Source: Bacteroidales bacterium (GTDB lineage Bacteria; Bacteroidota; Bacteroidia; Bacteroidales; UBA4417). From it: DNA of 64,000 bases. Where the stretch lies: assembly GCA_963665485.1 (NCBI GenBank), contig OY762227.1, positions 688,426 to 752,425 on the forward strand, written 5' to 3'. This document shows, in pieces, positions 36,567-45,625 of the stretch. The notes beneath the pieces are model-generated. The model had not been told where the DNA came from. It saw nothing but the letters and a program-made list of their open reading frames with translations, and searched no databases. The translations under genes were made by a program, and so were the position numbers. Position 1 is the stretch's first letter; each line of letters opens with the position of its first letter.

Positions 36567-37622
36567 ATGAAACTCTCACAATTCAGGTATCATTTGCCAA
36601 ATGAACTGATTGCTCTTCACCCGGTTGAAAACCGTGACGAATCACGCTTAATGGTACTCGACCGTAAAACGCAAACCATTGAACACAAAACCTTCAAGGA
36701 TGTACTTAATTATTTTGGAGACGGCGATGTTTTTATTCTGAATAATACCAAAGTTTTCCCTGCACTTTTATTAGGCGAAAAAGAGAAAACAGGAGCTAAA
36801 ATTACTGTTTTTCTTCTTCGCGAACTCAATAGCGAAGCCCGTTTATGGGATGTATTGGTTGATCCGGCACGTAAAATACGCATTGGCAACAAACTTTATT
36901 TTGGTGATGACGATTCCCTGGTTGCAGAAGTAATTGACAATACCACTTCACGTGGTCGTACCTTACGCTTTTTGTTCGACGGTCCTTACAGCGAATTTAA
37001 GCGTACTATTGAATCTCTGGGCCGCACTCCTCTTCCTGAAGAATTGCAACGTCTTCGCGATATTGTACCCGATGACAAAGAACGTTACCAGACTATTTAC
37101 GCAAAGAACGAAGGAGCCGTTGCCGTACCTTCAGCAGGGCTGCATTTCAGCCGCGAACTGATGAAACGCCTCGAACTCCAGGGTGTTAATTTTGCGGAAG
37201 TAACTCTACATGCCGGCCTGGGAAACTTCCGCGCTATCGACGTTGAAGATCTTACCAAATATAAAATGGATTCGGAAGAACTTTTGATTGAAGAAGATCA
37301 GGCAGCAATTGTGAACAAATCAATTGAATCACGCAAGAAAGTCTGCGTAGTTGGAACCACGACCATGAAAGCGGTTGAATCATCGGTAACCATTTCCGGC
37401 CAGCTTAAACCATACAGCGGATGGAGCAATAAATTTATCTTTCCTCCTTACGATTTCAGCATTGGTTCAAGCATGATCACTAACTTCCATTTACCTCAAT
37501 CTCCTATGATGATGATGGTTGCAGCTTATGCAGGTTATGATCTTCTGATGAAAGCCTATAAAGAAGCTGTAGCACAGAAATACCGTTTCTTTACTTACGG
37601 AGATGCGATGCTGATCCTTTAA
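36567..37622 (+). CDS. queA: S-adenosylmethionine:tRNA ribosyltransferase-isomerase
   Basis: N-terminus [18 protein letters not shown] and the segment [10 protein letters not shown]; 351 aa. Confidence 0.92.
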   Translation: MKLSQFRYHLPNELIALHPVENRDESRLMVLDRKTQTIEHKTFKDVLNYFGDGDVFILNNTKVFPALLLGEKEKTGAKITVFLLRELNSEARLWDVLVDPARKIRIGNKLYFGDDDSLVAEVIDNTTSRGRTLRFLFDGPYSEFKRTIESLGRTPLPEELQRLRDIVPDDKERYQTIYAKNEGAVAVPSAGLHFSRELMKRLELQGVNFAEVTLHAGLGNFRAIDVEDLTKYKMDSEELLIEEDQAAIVNKSIESRKKVCVVGTTTMKAVESSVTISGQLKPYSGWSNKFIFPPYDFSIGSSMITNFHLPQSPMMMMVAAYAGYDLLMKAYKEAVAQKYRFFTYGDAMLIL

Positions 37623-37655
37623 TTCCAGATTAATTCGTGTTCCTTTACTGAATTG

Positions 37656-37679
37656 AACCCCTTGAAAGAGGGGTTTTTT
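37656..37679 (+). terminator. Terminator after queA
   Basis: AACCCCT-tgaaag-AGGGGTT followed by TTTTT. Confidence 0.65.
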
Positions 37680-39006
37680 ATTTTACATCCACTTTGTTTC
37701 CGGCACCGTTACTTCCATTAAAAAACGCATTGAGGAGAATAGCCGTTATTGAACCGAGTGTAATCCCACTATGAAGAACCGTCTGGCTCCAGGCAGGGAA
37801 AAACTGGAAGAATTTGGGAGCTACCAAAGGGATCAATCCAATCCCTATGCTGATAGCTACAATAAAAATATTGTTTCTATTTTTCTCGAAATCAACTTTC
37901 GAGAGGGCTTTAATTCCGCTGGCAGCAACGATTCCAAACATGGCAATTCCTGCGCCGCCAAGCACTGCATTGGGCAGTGAAGCTATAATTGTGGCAAGTT
38001 TAGGAATAAGGCCCATTAAAACCAGAATCGCCCCAGCCATCGCAACAACAAAACGACTTTTAATGCCTGTTAAAGCTACAAGACCTACGTTCTGGGCAAA
38101 CGCCGTATATGGAAAAGCGTTAAATACACCTCCAAGCATGGTAGCTAATCCATCCGCCCGTAACCCGGAAGCAAGTTCTTTCTCCCCGATTTTCTTCCCT
38201 ACAATCTGACCAATTGCCAGGAAATCTCCGGTAGATTCAACCATAACAACTACCATGACAAGGATCATGGCAAGAATTGCCCCAATCTCAAACTTAGGCA
38301 TGCCAAACGCAAATGGATAATCAAGTCCGACCCAGGAAGCGTCGGCAACTCCTGAAAAGCTAACAAGCCCGAAAGGAATAGCAACAATCAAACCGACAAC
38401 AAGGCCAATCAGTACAGAAATATGAGCAATAAATCCTGTAAAATATTTATTGACCAGCAGAATAATCAGAAGTACAATCGCCGCAATCGCGATAAACGAT
38501 AAGGCTCCGTAGTTTGGATTTCCAATTCCGCCAGCAGCCCAGTTTGCAGCTACCGGTAACAGTGATATACCTATTATTGTTATAATACTGCCGGTAACAA
38601 TAGGTGGAAAAAAGCGGATAAGTTTACTAAAGTATGGGGCAATTAAAAAAGTGAACAGCCCGGCCGCCATCACTGATCCAAAAATCAACGGCATACCTCC
38701 ACTTGTAGCCATAATAACCATAGGTGTAACAGCAGCAAAAGTAACTCCTTGAATAACCGGAATCTTTATCCCGATTTTCCAGATACCAAGCGTTTGAAGC
38801 AGGGTTGCCAGGCCACAAGTAAATAGGTCGGCATTGATTAAAAAAGCGGTTTGTGATTTTGTGAGACCGGCTGCTCCGGCAATAATCAAAGGTACTGCAA
38901 CCGCTCCGGCATACATGGCCAGCACATGTTGCAATCCCAATATAAAAAGTTTCCCGGTGGGCATCATTTCGTCAACAGGGGCAATTTGTGTGTTCGGGTT
39001 GGCCAT
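37678..39006 (-). CDS. NCS2-family nucleobase:cation symporter (xanthine/uracil permease-like)
   Basis: 442 aa with about 12-14 TM segments and the motif FAQNVGLVALTG. Confidence 0.85.
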   Translation of the reverse strand: MANPNTQIAPVDEMMPTGKLFILGLQHVLAMYAGAVAVPLIIAGAAGLTKSQTAFLINADLFTCGLATLLQTLGIWKIGIKIPVIQGVTFAAVTPMVIMATSGGMPLIFGSVMAAGLFTFLIAPYFSKLIRFFPPIVTGSIITIIGISLLPVAANWAAGGIGNPNYGALSFIAIAAIVLLIILLVNKYFTGFIAHISVLIGLVVGLIVAIPFGLVSFSGVADASWVGLDYPFAFGMPKFEIGAILAMILVMVVVMVESTGDFLAIGQIVGKKIGEKELASGLRADGLATMLGGVFNAFPYTAFAQNVGLVALTGIKSRFVVAMAGAILVLMGLIPKLATIIASLPNAVLGGAGIAMFGIVAASGIKALSKVDFEKNRNNIFIVAISIGIGLIPLVAPKFFQFFPAWSQTVLHSGITLGSITAILLNAFFNGSNGAGNKVDVK

Positions 39007-39063
39007 TTTGTTATCCTTATTTTTAGATTAGCAGAAACTACTAGCAGGGCATATTTATTGAGT

Positions 39064-39071
39064 CAAACTTA
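39064..39071 (-). promoter_or_regulatory. -7 box (TAAGTTTG on minus strand) for the NCS2 permease
   Basis: Plus-strand caaactta, 58 nt upstream of the ATG at 39006. Confidence 0.4.
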
Positions 39072-39217
39072 GGCAAAAAATTCATTTGTCAATGTAATTC
39101 ATGGTATTAAATTTCATTTTAGAAGAATTTAAATTCTGTAAGAGTCTCTTATTGCTTCACTAAAAATGACGGTCTTAATTATTGCAGAGGTAGCTCATCA
39201 TTCCTTTCCTAATTGAT

Positions 39218-39225
39218 TACTTTTG
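39218..39225 (+). promoter_or_regulatory. -7 box (TACTTTTG) for sdaA
   Basis: Matches TAnnTTTG, 60 nt upstream of the ATG at 39285. Confidence 0.4.
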
Positions 39226-39284
39226 CATTACTGCCAGAACTAAATGTTTCCAGCTTTATTCTTCACAAATATCATTTTCGATAA

Positions 39285-40478
39285 ATGGAATCCATCCGTA
39301 AAATATATAAAACCGGTCTTGGCCCATCGAGCAGCCATACTATGGGGCCACGATTCGCAGCTGAGAAATTCAAGCTAAAGAATGAAATGGCAACCCAGAT
39401 TCGGATTACACTTTATGGAAGTCTTGCAGCCACGGGCAAAGGACATCTTACAGATAAAGTTCTTCGGGAATCGTTTCCTGAAGACAAAGTGAAAATTATC
39501 TGGCAGAAAGACACTGTTTTGCCTCAGCATCCCAACGGGATGAAATTTGAAGCACTCGATGACAAGGACAATCTCCTGGATGAATGGACTGTTTTTAGTG
39601 TTGGTGGAGGCGATATTGAGGATGACGAAATGAAATCTCAGAAAGTAAACGTGTATCCTCACACTAAAATGACCGATATCCTGAAATGGTGCCAGCAAAA
39701 TGGCCGTACACTCTGGGAATATGTTGAACTGCATGAAGGAGAAGAAATTTGGGATTTCCTGGCTGAGGTATGGAAAACCATGAAGGAATCCATCATTCGT
39801 GGACTGGAACACGAAGGCGTGTTGCCGGGTATATTGCATCTTCCGCGAAAAGCTTCATCCTACTATATTAAAGCTAAAAGCTCCGCAGGAACTTTGCAGA
39901 AACGAGCAATGGTTTTTGCTTATGCTCTTGCGGTCTCGGAAGAGAATGCCGGTGGCGGTACTATTGTTACTGCGCCAACCTGTGGATCGTGCGGTGTGGT
40001 TCCTGCAGTGTTGTATCATACCCAGAATACGTATGATTTTTCAGATATCAAAATACTCCGTGCTCTTGCAACTGCCGGGCTGATTGGCAACCTGGTGAAA
40101 GAAAATGCTTCCATTTCCGGTGCTCAGGTAGGATGCCAGGGCGAAGTAGGGACAGCTTGCTCCATGGCTGCCGGAGGCGCTGCCCAACTTTTTGGCGCAA
40201 CGCCTTTTCAGGTGGAATATGCAGCAGAAATGGGGCTCGAACATCACCTTGGATTAACTTGCGATCCTGTCGCCGGTCTGGTTCAGATTCCATGTATCGA
40301 ACGCAATGCCATCGCAGCTGGACGAGCAATGGACGCCAGCGCTTATGCCTCACTTTCCGATGGACAACATCGCGTGAGTTTCGATAAAACCTGCCTGTCT
40401 ATGAACCAAACAGGACACGATTTGCCGGATATTTACAAAGAAACTTCTGAAGGTGGATTGGCTTTGTTGATTAAATAA
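39285..40478 (+). CDS. sdaA: L-serine ammonia-lyase, iron-sulfur dependent (single chain)
   Basis: GLGPSSSHTMGP at the N-terminus and a Cys cluster APTCGSCGV...GCQGEVG. Confidence 0.85.
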   Translation: MESIRKIYKTGLGPSSSHTMGPRFAAEKFKLKNEMATQIRITLYGSLAATGKGHLTDKVLRESFPEDKVKIIWQKDTVLPQHPNGMKFEALDDKDNLLDEWTVFSVGGGDIEDDEMKSQKVNVYPHTKMTDILKWCQQNGRTLWEYVELHEGEEIWDFLAEVWKTMKESIIRGLEHEGVLPGILHLPRKASSYYIKAKSSAGTLQKRAMVFAYALAVSEENAGGGTIVTAPTCGSCGVVPAVLYHTQNTYDFSDIKILRALATAGLIGNLVKENASISGAQVGCQGEVGTACSMAAGGAAQLFGATPFQVEYAAEMGLEHHLGLTCDPVAGLVQIPCIERNAIAAGRAMDASAYASLSDGQHRVSFDKTCLSMNQTGHDLPDIYKETSEGGLALLIK

Positions 40479-40492
40479 AAGATAAGTGGAAC

Positions 40493-40528
40493 CACGGAGA
40501 CACTAAGAACACGGAGGAACACTAAGAG
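40493..40528. repeat. Two tandem copies of a CACGGAG(G)A(A)CACTAAGA unit
   Basis: cacggagacactaagaa (40493-40509) and cacggaggaacactaagag (40510-40528), in the sdaA-ispD spacer. Confidence 0.75.
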
Positions 40529-40623
40529 AATTATGATATAAATAGAAACTTCGTCAGATTATTTAGTTATAAATCATAGTGTCTCAAAGTGAACAAAGTA
40601 GCTTATCAGTTAAAAAAACAGAG

Positions 40624-41337
40624 ATGAAAACATATACTATAATAGTTGCCGGAGGAACCGGAAGCCGAATGAAAGGCGAAGTACCAAAGCAGTTTATGCT
40701 GTTAAATGGCAAACCGGTTATTATGTATTCGATTGAGGCTTTCTTTGCTTATGATCCTACGGTTGAAATCATTCTTGTTATACATCCTGATTACTTGTCA
40801 GTATGGAAGCAGCTTACCGGTGAATTTAAAATATCCATTCCTTTCAAAGTTGCAGAAGGAGGCCAAACCCGCTTTGATTCAGTGAAAAATGGATTGAAAT
40901 TAATTGAAGATGATGGTTTTGTTGCGGTTCATGATGCTGCCAGGCCTGTAATAAATGCAGCTTTTTTACGAAAATTATTTTTAGCAGCTTTAACTTATGG
41001 TTCCGCAATTCCTGTTGTACCTGTAACTGATACCATACGAATCATTGATGGTGATACTTCGCACCAGCAGGACCGTACGTTTTTACGTGCCATACAAACG
41101 CCACAGGTGTTTAAAGTTTCGGAATTAAAGCGCGCTTATATGCAACCCTTTGAGCCAAATTTTACTGATGAAGGATCGGTAATGGAATCTGCCGGATTTC
41201 CAGTGCATCTGGCAGAAGGCAGTCGGGGGAATATTAAAATCACACACCAGGAGGATATTGCTTTAGCAGAAGTGTTGATAAAGAACTTAACCACTGGGGA
41301 TGGAGAACATAGAGAAACACGAAGAAATTCTGTTTAG
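40624..41337 (+). CDS. ispD: 2-C-methyl-D-erythritol 4-phosphate cytidylyltransferase
   Basis: MKTYTIIVAGGTGSRM is the P-loop-like IspD signature. The start is refined to ATG 40624. The last ~14 codons run into a GAGAACA/AGAGAAACA/CGAAGAAA repeat-like sequence. Confidence 0.87.
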   Translation: MKTYTIIVAGGTGSRMKGEVPKQFMLLNGKPVIMYSIEAFFAYDPTVEIILVIHPDYLSVWKQLTGEFKISIPFKVAEGGQTRFDSVKNGLKLIEDDGFVAVHDAARPVINAAFLRKLFLAALTYGSAIPVVPVTDTIRIIDGDTSHQQDRTFLRAIQTPQVFKVSELKRAYMQPFEPNFTDEGSVMESAGFPVHLAEGSRGNIKITHQEDIALAEVLIKNLTTGDGEHRETRRNSV

Positions 41338-41387
41338 TAATTCTTCCTTTTGTGGCAGAAATAATTTAATCCGCTCTTGCCGCGTTC

Positions 41388-42542
41388 TCAGCGTTCCACA
41401 ACTTTACTGGAAACCTGCCGTTCCTTCCATTCATATTTTCCAACGTTCCCCGCAATCCCGATCAGCAGGGTATAAACAGCGTTCAACAGTTCCATAACCA
41501 GGAATAGCCATAACAGGGTTTTGCTCCTTTGAAAACGGCTATAACTCAGCATTAATGGCAGATCGATACTCATTTTTAAAACGTACAGCGCCAAAAACAG
41601 TTTTATAAACCCAGGGCTAACTATTGCAGCAAGTGCTGTTAATACCAAACATACATTTGTAAGAAAAACCAATATTGAGGTTGTAATTAACATGGAATCC
41701 GTATACCCGCGGCTTTTGGAAACCCAACGTAAACGTTGCTGAATAAATAATCTGAAACCAACCGACGCGGGAGTGGTAACAATAGCATCTTCTGACCTTA
41801 AAAAACAGATTGCTTTTGCTCCGAATTTCTTTTTAATACTCGTCATTAAAAACATATCATCACCTGACGAATATTGTAAATTCCCTGAAAAACCTCCGCA
41901 GCTTTCGTAGGCCAGACGGGTGAAAGCAAGGTTAGCGCCATTTGAAAGAATTGGAAAACCTCCGTTGCACGATCCGGCAGCTGACGAAATAAGACTCATA
42001 AATTCTACCGACTGAAGTTTACCAAAGATACTTCCATTGTCTGTCATCCGTACCGGCCCCAGAATCATTTTTGGATGATTTTCAGCATAATAAGCAGCTA
42101 ATGTAGATATCCAGTGGCTATCTGAAGTACAGTCGGCATCTGTAATTACTATCAGTTCGCCTTCAGACTTCTGTATTCCGCGATCGATCGCTGCTTTTTT
42201 CCCGAAACTTCCCTCTTCTTCCAATCGGATTAATTTGAGATTCAGGGATTCCCTTTTCTTAGCAATAAATCTTTCCACCAAACTTGATGAAGAATCAGTA
42301 GAGTGATCGTCAACAATAATAATTTCAAGCAGCTGCGCAGGATAATCTTGTGCCATCAAACTAGTAAGCAGCGTTTCAATATTCGCCGTTTCATTGCGGA
42401 CTGCCACAATTACGCTCACTCTAATTGAGGGTAACAAACCGGCTTTTCTGAAGACCTTCAATCTCAGCCAACCTATGGTTATAGCTGTAATTAAAAGAGC
42501 ATAACCAACGAAAACAATAACCGATATCAGTATAACTATCAT
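41388..42542 (-). CDS. Family-2 glycosyltransferase, membrane-anchored
   Basis: N-terminal TM helix, VDDHSTDSS and ITDADC (DxD) motifs, and C-terminal TM helices. Confidence 0.8.
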   Translation of the reverse strand: MIVILISVIVFVGYALLITAITIGWLRLKVFRKAGLLPSIRVSVIVAVRNETANIETLLTSLMAQDYPAQLLEIIIVDDHSTDSSSSLVERFIAKKRESLNLKLIRLEEEGSFGKKAAIDRGIQKSEGELIVITDADCTSDSHWISTLAAYYAENHPKMILGPVRMTDNGSIFGKLQSVEFMSLISSAAGSCNGGFPILSNGANLAFTRLAYESCGGFSGNLQYSSGDDMFLMTSIKKKFGAKAICFLRSEDAIVTTPASVGFRLFIQQRLRWVSKSRGYTDSMLITTSILVFLTNVCLVLTALAAIVSPGFIKLFLALYVLKMSIDLPLMLSYSRFQRSKTLLWLFLVMELLNAVYTLLIGIAGNVGKYEWKERQVSSKVVER

Positions 42543-43549
42543 CGCCGGAAGAATTGTAATCTGAAAATAACCAGTACGCCTGCCAGCGATGGAACGGCAA
42601 TATTAAGAAACCAGATTAATGAAGATGCCGAAATTACAGCAAGTGTTGCTTCCGCATCTAAAATACCGCTCGTAGTTAGTAATCCGAAAAGAAAAACCGA
42701 AACAGAGCCACGTACACCAAGTTCGGTTAATGCAACTGTTGGGATTGCCGCCAGAACAAGGTAAATCACCGGTATCACCAGCAAACATTGCAGCGCTGTG
42801 AAATTTAAACCCATTAATACTATTGCGAGATAAAACTGGGTTGAAAACACTATATATCGTAATGCGCTAAACAATAAGATTTTAAGCAACAAGGGTGTCG
42901 GGCAAGCGGCCATAGCATCGATACCGCTCCTGATCCTTTTCGAATATTTTCCAGGTATAAGGATGGAAATGCGGTGTAATGCTGAAATATTAAAGAAGAC
43001 AAAAACAGAAAAGATTGACACGGTAACCAGCGTAAATGAAAATCCGGTGACAAGCCAGGTACTGTCGTACAGGAGTGATGCCAGGAATGTTGGAGCAAAA
43101 AATAAGTATGCTGCAGTCCCAAAAATAACAGTCACCAGTAACTGGCTGAAACTGCCAACAATCGTGAGTAAAATTGCTTTAAGCGGATCGGTTTTTTTTA
43201 AAATAAAAACCCTGCCCATAAACTCTCCTACCCTGTTTGGTGTAAAAATACTTACCGCCAATCCTCCAAGAACCGCCTCGAACGCGGTAATAAAACTCAC
43301 TTTTTCAGCCTGCTGAATTAGCATTTTCCATTTCAGAGATTCTATTCCCCAGTTGATAAGCATTAAAATTATCAGCGTTACGATGATATAAATTATATCT
43401 TTCCCGTTAATTATAGATTCGAAAAACGTTTTTATTTGCCCGTCAGGAAGCGAATAAATGCGAAAAAAAATATACGAAAGAGATAGCGCGGCAATCAGAA
43501 GCCGGGTGGCAATATCCAGTGTTTTTCGTACTTTTGGCGTTAGGATCAA
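42539..43549 (-). CDS. Flippase-like / lysylphosphatidylglycerol-synthase-TM-domain membrane protein
   Basis: 336 aa with about 8 TM helices and a TTG start. Its stop overlaps the ATG of the GT2 gene (ATGA at 42539-42542). Confidence 0.65.
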   Translation of the reverse strand: MILTPKVRKTLDIATRLLIAALSLSYIFFRIYSLPDGQIKTFFESIINGKDIIYIIVTLIILMLINWGIESLKWKMLIQQAEKVSFITAFEAVLGGLAVSIFTPNRVGEFMGRVFILKKTDPLKAILLTIVGSFSQLLVTVIFGTAAYLFFAPTFLASLLYDSTWLVTGFSFTLVTVSIFSVFVFFNISALHRISILIPGKYSKRIRSGIDAMAACPTPLLLKILLFSALRYIVFSTQFYLAIVLMGLNFTALQCLLVIPVIYLVLAAIPTVALTELGVRGSVSVFLFGLLTTSGILDAEATLAVISASSLIWFLNIAVPSLAGVLVIFRLQFFRR

Positions 43550-43591
43550 AGGATGCTGTAGGTTTTAGGGATTTCGGAACAAGATTTATTT

Positions 43592-43631
43592 CTGGGATTT
43601 GGAAACCTGGGATTTGGAACCTGGATTTTCC
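43592..43631. repeat. CTGGGATTTGGAA(A)C tandem array (2.7 copies)
   Basis: ctgggatttggaaac (43592-43606), ctgggatttggaac (43607-43620) and ctggattttcc (43621-43631). A related GGGATTTCGGAAC lies at 43568-43580. Confidence 0.8.
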
Positions 43632-43678
43632 TAAACCACAAAGGTCAAAATATTGAATACTATAACACTAAAAGAAAA

Positions 43679-44230
43679 TTGGCAAGCGAACGCATTATAT
43701 TAGGCATCGACCCGGGAACCAATATAATGGGCTTCGGTTTAATTTTGGATAAAGGTAAGAAAATTGAGTTGATTGCACTCGATGTGATTAAACTTGACCA
43801 CCTGGATTCGCATCCGCTGAAACTGAAATCCATTTTTGAAAAAGTGCTTGGCCTTATCGACCAATACCACCCCGATGAAGTTGCCCTGGAAGCGCCGTTT
43901 TTTGGTAAAAATGTGCAGAGTATGCTCAAGCTGGGCCGGGCGCAGGGTGTCGCCATGGCTGCAGCACTCTATCGTGATTTACCTATTTTCGAATATTCGC
44001 CGCGTAAAGTAAAACAATCTATCACCGGCCATGGAAATGCATCAAAAGAACAGGTTTCGGCCATGATAAACCGGCTGGTAGTAATTGCTGAACAACCCAA
44101 ATATTTCGATGCTACTGATGCTGTGGCTGTGGCTTGCTGCCATTATTTCCAGCGAACTGCCGACGGACCGGCCACAAGTTATACTGGTTGGGGAGCGTTT
44201 GTGAGTAATAATCCGGGAAGGGTGAAGTAA
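43679..44230 (+). CDS. ruvC: Crossover junction endodeoxyribonuclease RuvC
   Basis: ILGIDPGTNIMGFG (catalytic Asp), a central E and a C-terminal D; 183 aa with a TTG start. Confidence 0.9.
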   Translation: MASERIILGIDPGTNIMGFGLILDKGKKIELIALDVIKLDHLDSHPLKLKSIFEKVLGLIDQYHPDEVALEAPFFGKNVQSMLKLGRAQGVAMAAALYRDLPIFEYSPRKVKQSITGHGNASKEQVSAMINRLVVIAEQPKYFDATDAVAVACCHYFQRTADGPATSYTGWGAFVSNNPGRVK

Positions 44231-44237
44231 AAATGTT

Positions 44238-44265
44238 GGATTTTCGATTTCGGATGTCGGATTGA
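44238..44265. repeat. Period-7 array GGATTTT CGATTTC GGATGTC GGATTGA
   Basis: Four units read directly, in the spacer between the convergent ruvC and arginase-like genes. Confidence 0.65.
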
Positions 44266-44327
44266 AACAAGACGTTTGCCAAGATACCAGCAAATTCAGC
44301 TAACTTTTTTCGATTACCCTCAAATAG

Positions 44328-45503
44328 TTACATCAGCTTCTGATACGCCTGCCACCAGCGATCGGGAATTTCATCAGCCAGTGCTGTTTGATAATCGGCA
44401 GCAGAACACGGTACAATATAATGGCGGCGGTACTTTTCGCGGATATTATCTGAGCATTTTATTTCCATCCACCAGCGTTCAGTTGGTTTGCTTTTATAAA
44501 AAACTATCCCATCATCAAAATCGGTAACCTGCACCGTATAACGAACATAATTTTCGGCACCCGTCGAAGGATGATCGTCCTGGCGGTGATAAAAACCATC
44601 AATAAAATACCATATCATTTGTGCAAGTAAATGCGCAGTTTGACCGTTGCGATCGAGAGCCGGGTTCATTTCGAAAAAACCGGCCGACGTAATTTTGTCG
44701 CTCATTCCAGCGTAACGTACCATCTGGCAGGCTTCCTCGCCATAAAAACCGTTTGGCGTAGCGTTGGCATTTCCGGGTGCGTCACTCTGCCTGATAGATG
44801 ACATATCAAACGAAAACAAATCGGCATTCCGAACAAGCGGTTCAACCTGCGAAATATCACTATGTAAAACACCAAGTCGGTAAATATCGAAAAACAAGTT
44901 GCGCATCAGATCGATGGCGCCTTGTTCAACAAAATACGTCTGGTAACCTATGTTGGTATAATTAAATAAATAATTCGGTTTATGCAGAATGATATGACTT
45001 AGGTAAGAGCGCGAGTTAAGCTGGTCCTCACTTTCACCAAGGTCGAAAAGATTATCGACCGCAGCTATATTGATAATATTTTTGCGGTTTTTGTAGGCGC
45101 GGTACATGGCATAGGTTAAATCCTGGCCTCCGCCGATAATTACCGGAACAATATTGAGTTCGAGGAGTGTTTCAACTACGGCTGTAACGGCAAAATAAGT
45201 ATCGTCAACAGTATTTCCACGCATAATATCTCCCAGGTCGGCAACGCGCGTTTTGTAATCTCCGGGCAAAAGCCGGTAAAGATATTCGCGAACGCTGAAG
45301 GAAGCCATACCACAACCCTGGTTATCAACTGCATTACGGTCTTCATCTACTCCAAATATAGCTACTTCAATATCCGCCAGATCAGGAAACCCTTCCTCCT
45401 GGTTATGTGTTTCGAAAACCTCACCTAATCGTTTACCCGTATGTGCAGCAACGTGCGGCAGAATAATTTCCTGAACAGGTTTAAAGTAGCTGGAGATATG
45501 CAT
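44328..45503 (-). CDS. Arginase/ureohydrolase-fold protein (formimidoylglutamase-like) with substituted metal-ligand motifs
   Basis: Recognisable family blocks are IGGGQDLT (vs GGDHS), AAVDNLFDL (vs DAHxD) and FSFDMSSIRQSDAPG (vs SxDxDxxDP). Confidence 0.6.
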   Translation of the reverse strand: MHISSYFKPVQEIILPHVAAHTGKRLGEVFETHNQEEGFPDLADIEVAIFGVDEDRNAVDNQGCGMASFSVREYLYRLLPGDYKTRVADLGDIMRGNTVDDTYFAVTAVVETLLELNIVPVIIGGGQDLTYAMYRAYKNRKNIINIAAVDNLFDLGESEDQLNSRSYLSHIILHKPNYLFNYTNIGYQTYFVEQGAIDLMRNLFFDIYRLGVLHSDISQVEPLVRNADLFSFDMSSIRQSDAPGNANATPNGFYGEEACQMVRYAGMSDKITSAGFFEMNPALDRNGQTAHLLAQMIWYFIDGFYHRQDDHPSTGAENYVRYTVQVTDFDDGIVFYKSKPTERWWMEIKCSDNIREKYRRHYIVPCSAADYQTALADEIPDRWWQAYQKLM

Positions 45504-45507
45504 GATT

Positions 45508-45541
45508 GAGTTATGAGATATGAGTTATGAGATATGAGATA
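45508..45541. repeat. (GAGWTAT)x5 tandem array, period 7
   Basis: Units gagttat, gagatat, gagttat, gagatat, gagata, starting 5 nt upstream of the arginase-like gene's start codon. Confidence 0.8.
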
Positions 45542-45578
45542 CCGGTTAGCACTTACCTGCAAATATAAGGCGAATCAA

Positions 45579-45618
45579 CGCATTAACACATTATCGCATT
45601 AACGCATTATCGCATTAC
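45579..45618. repeat. (CRCATTNN)x5 tandem array, period 8
   Basis: Units cgcattaa, cacattat, cgcattaa, cgcattat, cgcattac. It shares the 13-mer CATTAACACATTA (45581-45593) with the reverse complement of 20400-20412. Confidence 0.8.
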
Positions 45619-45625
45619 AACATTT

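Noticed and set aside
39007-39284. A possible purine riboswitch upstream of the NCS2 xanthine/uracil permease.
   Set aside because: The predicted 5' UTR after the TAAGTTTG box is only about 50 nt. It shows none of the conserved purine-riboswitch junction or loop sequences.
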